In this document: piece after piece, positions 62,922-64,000 of the stretch
How the letters are laid out: each line of letters starts with the position of its first letter
How positions within the stretch are numbered: position 1 is the first letter of the stretch
Assembly: GCA_964441275.1 (NCBI GenBank)
Contig: CAYTUG010000005.1
Coordinates: 8,791 to 72,790 of the forward strand
Direction of reading: 5' to 3'
Length of the DNA: 64,000 nt
Source of the DNA: an uncultured Christensenellaceae bacterium
Lineage (GTDB): Bacteria; Bacillota; Clostridia; Christensenellales; SZUA-584
Made by a program: the position numbers and the translations under genes
Notes under the pieces: generated by a model
Database searches by the model: none
What the model was told of the DNA's origin: nothing
Seen by the model: the letters and a program-made list of their open reading frames with translations, nothing else

Positions 62922-64000
62922 TTATTCCGCCGTAACCATACCGGTGTTTTTGTATACCTCTAACGTCTGCCCGGCGGTTTGGCCCGCTAACGCCCCTATG
63001 CGTATAGCGTTATCATCGATAACCTCGAGCACCTTAGTAAGAGTGCCGCGTTTTACATTTCTTATCCAATCGCCTTGCGACAGCCCATGTGCCGTACACT
63101 TTATTATTTGGTCGGTAGTCCCCGCCTCACAAATCAAATCCGGCTGCCTTTTGAGCATTATTATCTGATCGCCCGCCGCCTGGCCTAATATATCTTCGTC
63201 ATTTAATTCTACCAGATATGCGTTTACCACTTTAACGTACCTTATCTGATTGTTTCTTGTGATGTTTATTATGACGTCGTTATCGTCAAGAAGGTGATAC
63301 GCCTTTTTGATATAATGCGAATTTGTAGAGATCCCTTGCGCATAAGCCGTCGTATTTAGATCTTTAGTCGTGTTGAAAGGCAGCACCGGCAGCCCTTGCT
63401 GATCAAACAGACATGCGCAAGGATAGTTTGCCCATGCGTATCTTACGCCTTTGGGCTCCGCGGTATATTCGTCCCAAACCAGCACCGTATTGCCTTGCGT
63501 TTTTGCCTGCGCGGGTATCCACTGTCCGCCGGCATTGAGTATCTCGAACGATACGCTTCCAAAAGCGTCCTGCTTTATTGAAAGCTCTTGCGCGGCTACG
63601 GTTATCCTATAAACATTGCCGTCAAGCGCGTAATCCGTCATACTTGGGCTTTGTTTTGCATATTCCTGTCCGTAAATTAAGTTCATGGCAAGATAAGCAA
63701 GCCTTTCGCCTATCGGTTTTTTGTTTGTTGGATGAATATCAAAAGGGTCTGCGTCTGATAAATCGATTGCCGTTACCAATCCTATGTTATCGTCCGTATT
63801 GGCGACGCGCATCTGAATCTCTCTTATTATCGGCCACGAATCGTTTTCCTGCCCATGGTTTTCTCCGTATCCGGTAAGCTGCACAAGCATTACGGGCAGC
63901 GATGAGTCGCAAAACTCCTCTCTTATTGCTTCGATATAATCCCTCAACAACTGTTCATAATGATATTTGATATGCGCGCTGTTCTCCCCCTGATAATAGA
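62922..64000 (-). CDS. SGNH/sialate-O-acetylesterase-like carbohydrate esterase (5' end outside the window)
   Basis: The frame stays open to the window edge: ...YYQGENSAHIKYHYEQLLRDYIEAIREEF...MLVQL...WPIIREIQ...DIHPTNKKPIGERLA. These are the YQGE(S/N), QL...W..iRe.Q and D.iHP.nK..vG.RL motifs of the 9-O-acetylesterase family. A C-terminal beta-rich extension is present. Confidence 0.65.
   Translation of the reverse strand, partial: YYQGENSAHIKYHYEQLLRDYIEAIREEFCDSSLPVMLVQLTGYGENHGQENDSWPIIREIQMRVANTDDNIGLVTAIDLSDADPFDIHPTNKKPIGERLAYLAMNLIYGQEYAKQSPSMTDYALDGNVYRITVAAQELSIKQDAFGSVSFEILNAGGQWIPAQAKTQGNTVLVWDEYTAEPKGVRYAWANYPCACLFDQQGLPVLPFNTTKDLNTTAYAQGISTNSHYIKKAYHLLDDNDVIINITRNNQIRYVKVVNAYLVELNDEDILGQAAGDQIIMLKRQPDLICEAGTTDQIIKCTAHGLSQGDWIRNVKRGTLTKVLEVIDDNAIRIGALAGQTAGQTLEVYKNTGMVTAE

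Noticed and set aside
1-64000. Search for CRISPR arrays, tRNA/rRNA/tmRNA/RNase P genes and intact prophage or defence-system genes.
   Set aside because: I found no regularly spaced short repeats, no T-arm (GGTTCGAATCC-like) or rRNA-like segments, and no recognisable nuclease, helicase or methylase defence modules. This absence is based on reading by eye only. A covariance-model and HMM scan would be the decisive check.

Overview
The window is a moderately AT-rich chromosomal segment from a Gram-positive anaerobe. It looks Clostridia-like: FabK-type FAS II, LPXTG/sortase, TagGH export and clostridial-style gene fusions. I saw no rRNA, tRNA or CRISPR array.

Layout, left to right:
1. 1-3.4 kb: a truncated MscS channel, a tail-anchored surface protein and a DUF3048 lipoprotein.
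2. 3.4-14.1 kb: a teichoic-acid-type locus (LicD, two TagB/F-type glycerophosphotransferases of which one is fused to GT4, and a TagG/TagH exporter). It surrounds a three-gene phosphonate cassette: cytidylyltransferase-PEP mutase fusion, phosphonopyruvate decarboxylase, and NTP-transferase-Fe-alcohol dehydrogenase fusion.
3. 14.3-17.2 kb: a DtxR-family regulator plus a NifX-like / MinD-ferredoxin ATPase x2 / NifX-like operon of unknown function.
4. 17.4-26.4 kb: a complete single-operon FAS II cluster, accBCDA-fabH-acpP-fabK-fabD-fabG-fabF-fabZ, with a sigma-A-like promoter and a perfect palindromic operator.
5. 26.7-35.2 kb: an internally deleted IS30-like remnant, an MCP, a PfkB sugar kinase, a DUF4474/metallophosphoesterase pair and GTP-PEPCK.
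6. 35.3-51.8 kb: a decayed accessory island. It holds a serine-recombinase remnant, IS30-end repeats, and a 1200-aa LPXTG Collagen_bind/CnaB adhesin with its sortase bracketed by direct repeats. It also holds a PadR-DUF1700-DUF4097 module and back-to-back MCP/FtsX pseudogene fragments. The rest is a membrane-tethered ECF sigma fusion with a beta-helix surface protein, and a ~0.8-1 kb segmental duplication carrying a truncated sigma paralogue kept open by a compensating indel.
7. 51.8-64 kb: one long minus-strand exopolysaccharide operon syntenic with B. subtilis ydaJKLMN (GH8-like lipoprotein, YdaL-position protein, processive GT2, BcsB-like subunit, degenerate-GGDEF membrane protein that keeps an RxxD I-site). 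It is extended by a GH26-CBM enzyme, UDP-GlcNAc 2-epimerase, a 513-aa polytopic protein and an SGNH esterase.

Best candidates for under-described biology:
- the phosphonate (predicted activated 2-hydroxyethylphosphonate) wall-polymer decoration locus;
- the extended Yda-type c-di-GMP-gated EPS machine;
- the NifX-like/MinD-ferredoxin metallocluster module;
- the membrane-tethered sigma plus beta-helix pair and its truncated duplicate.

All functional calls come from motif recognition by eye. No database searches were run.
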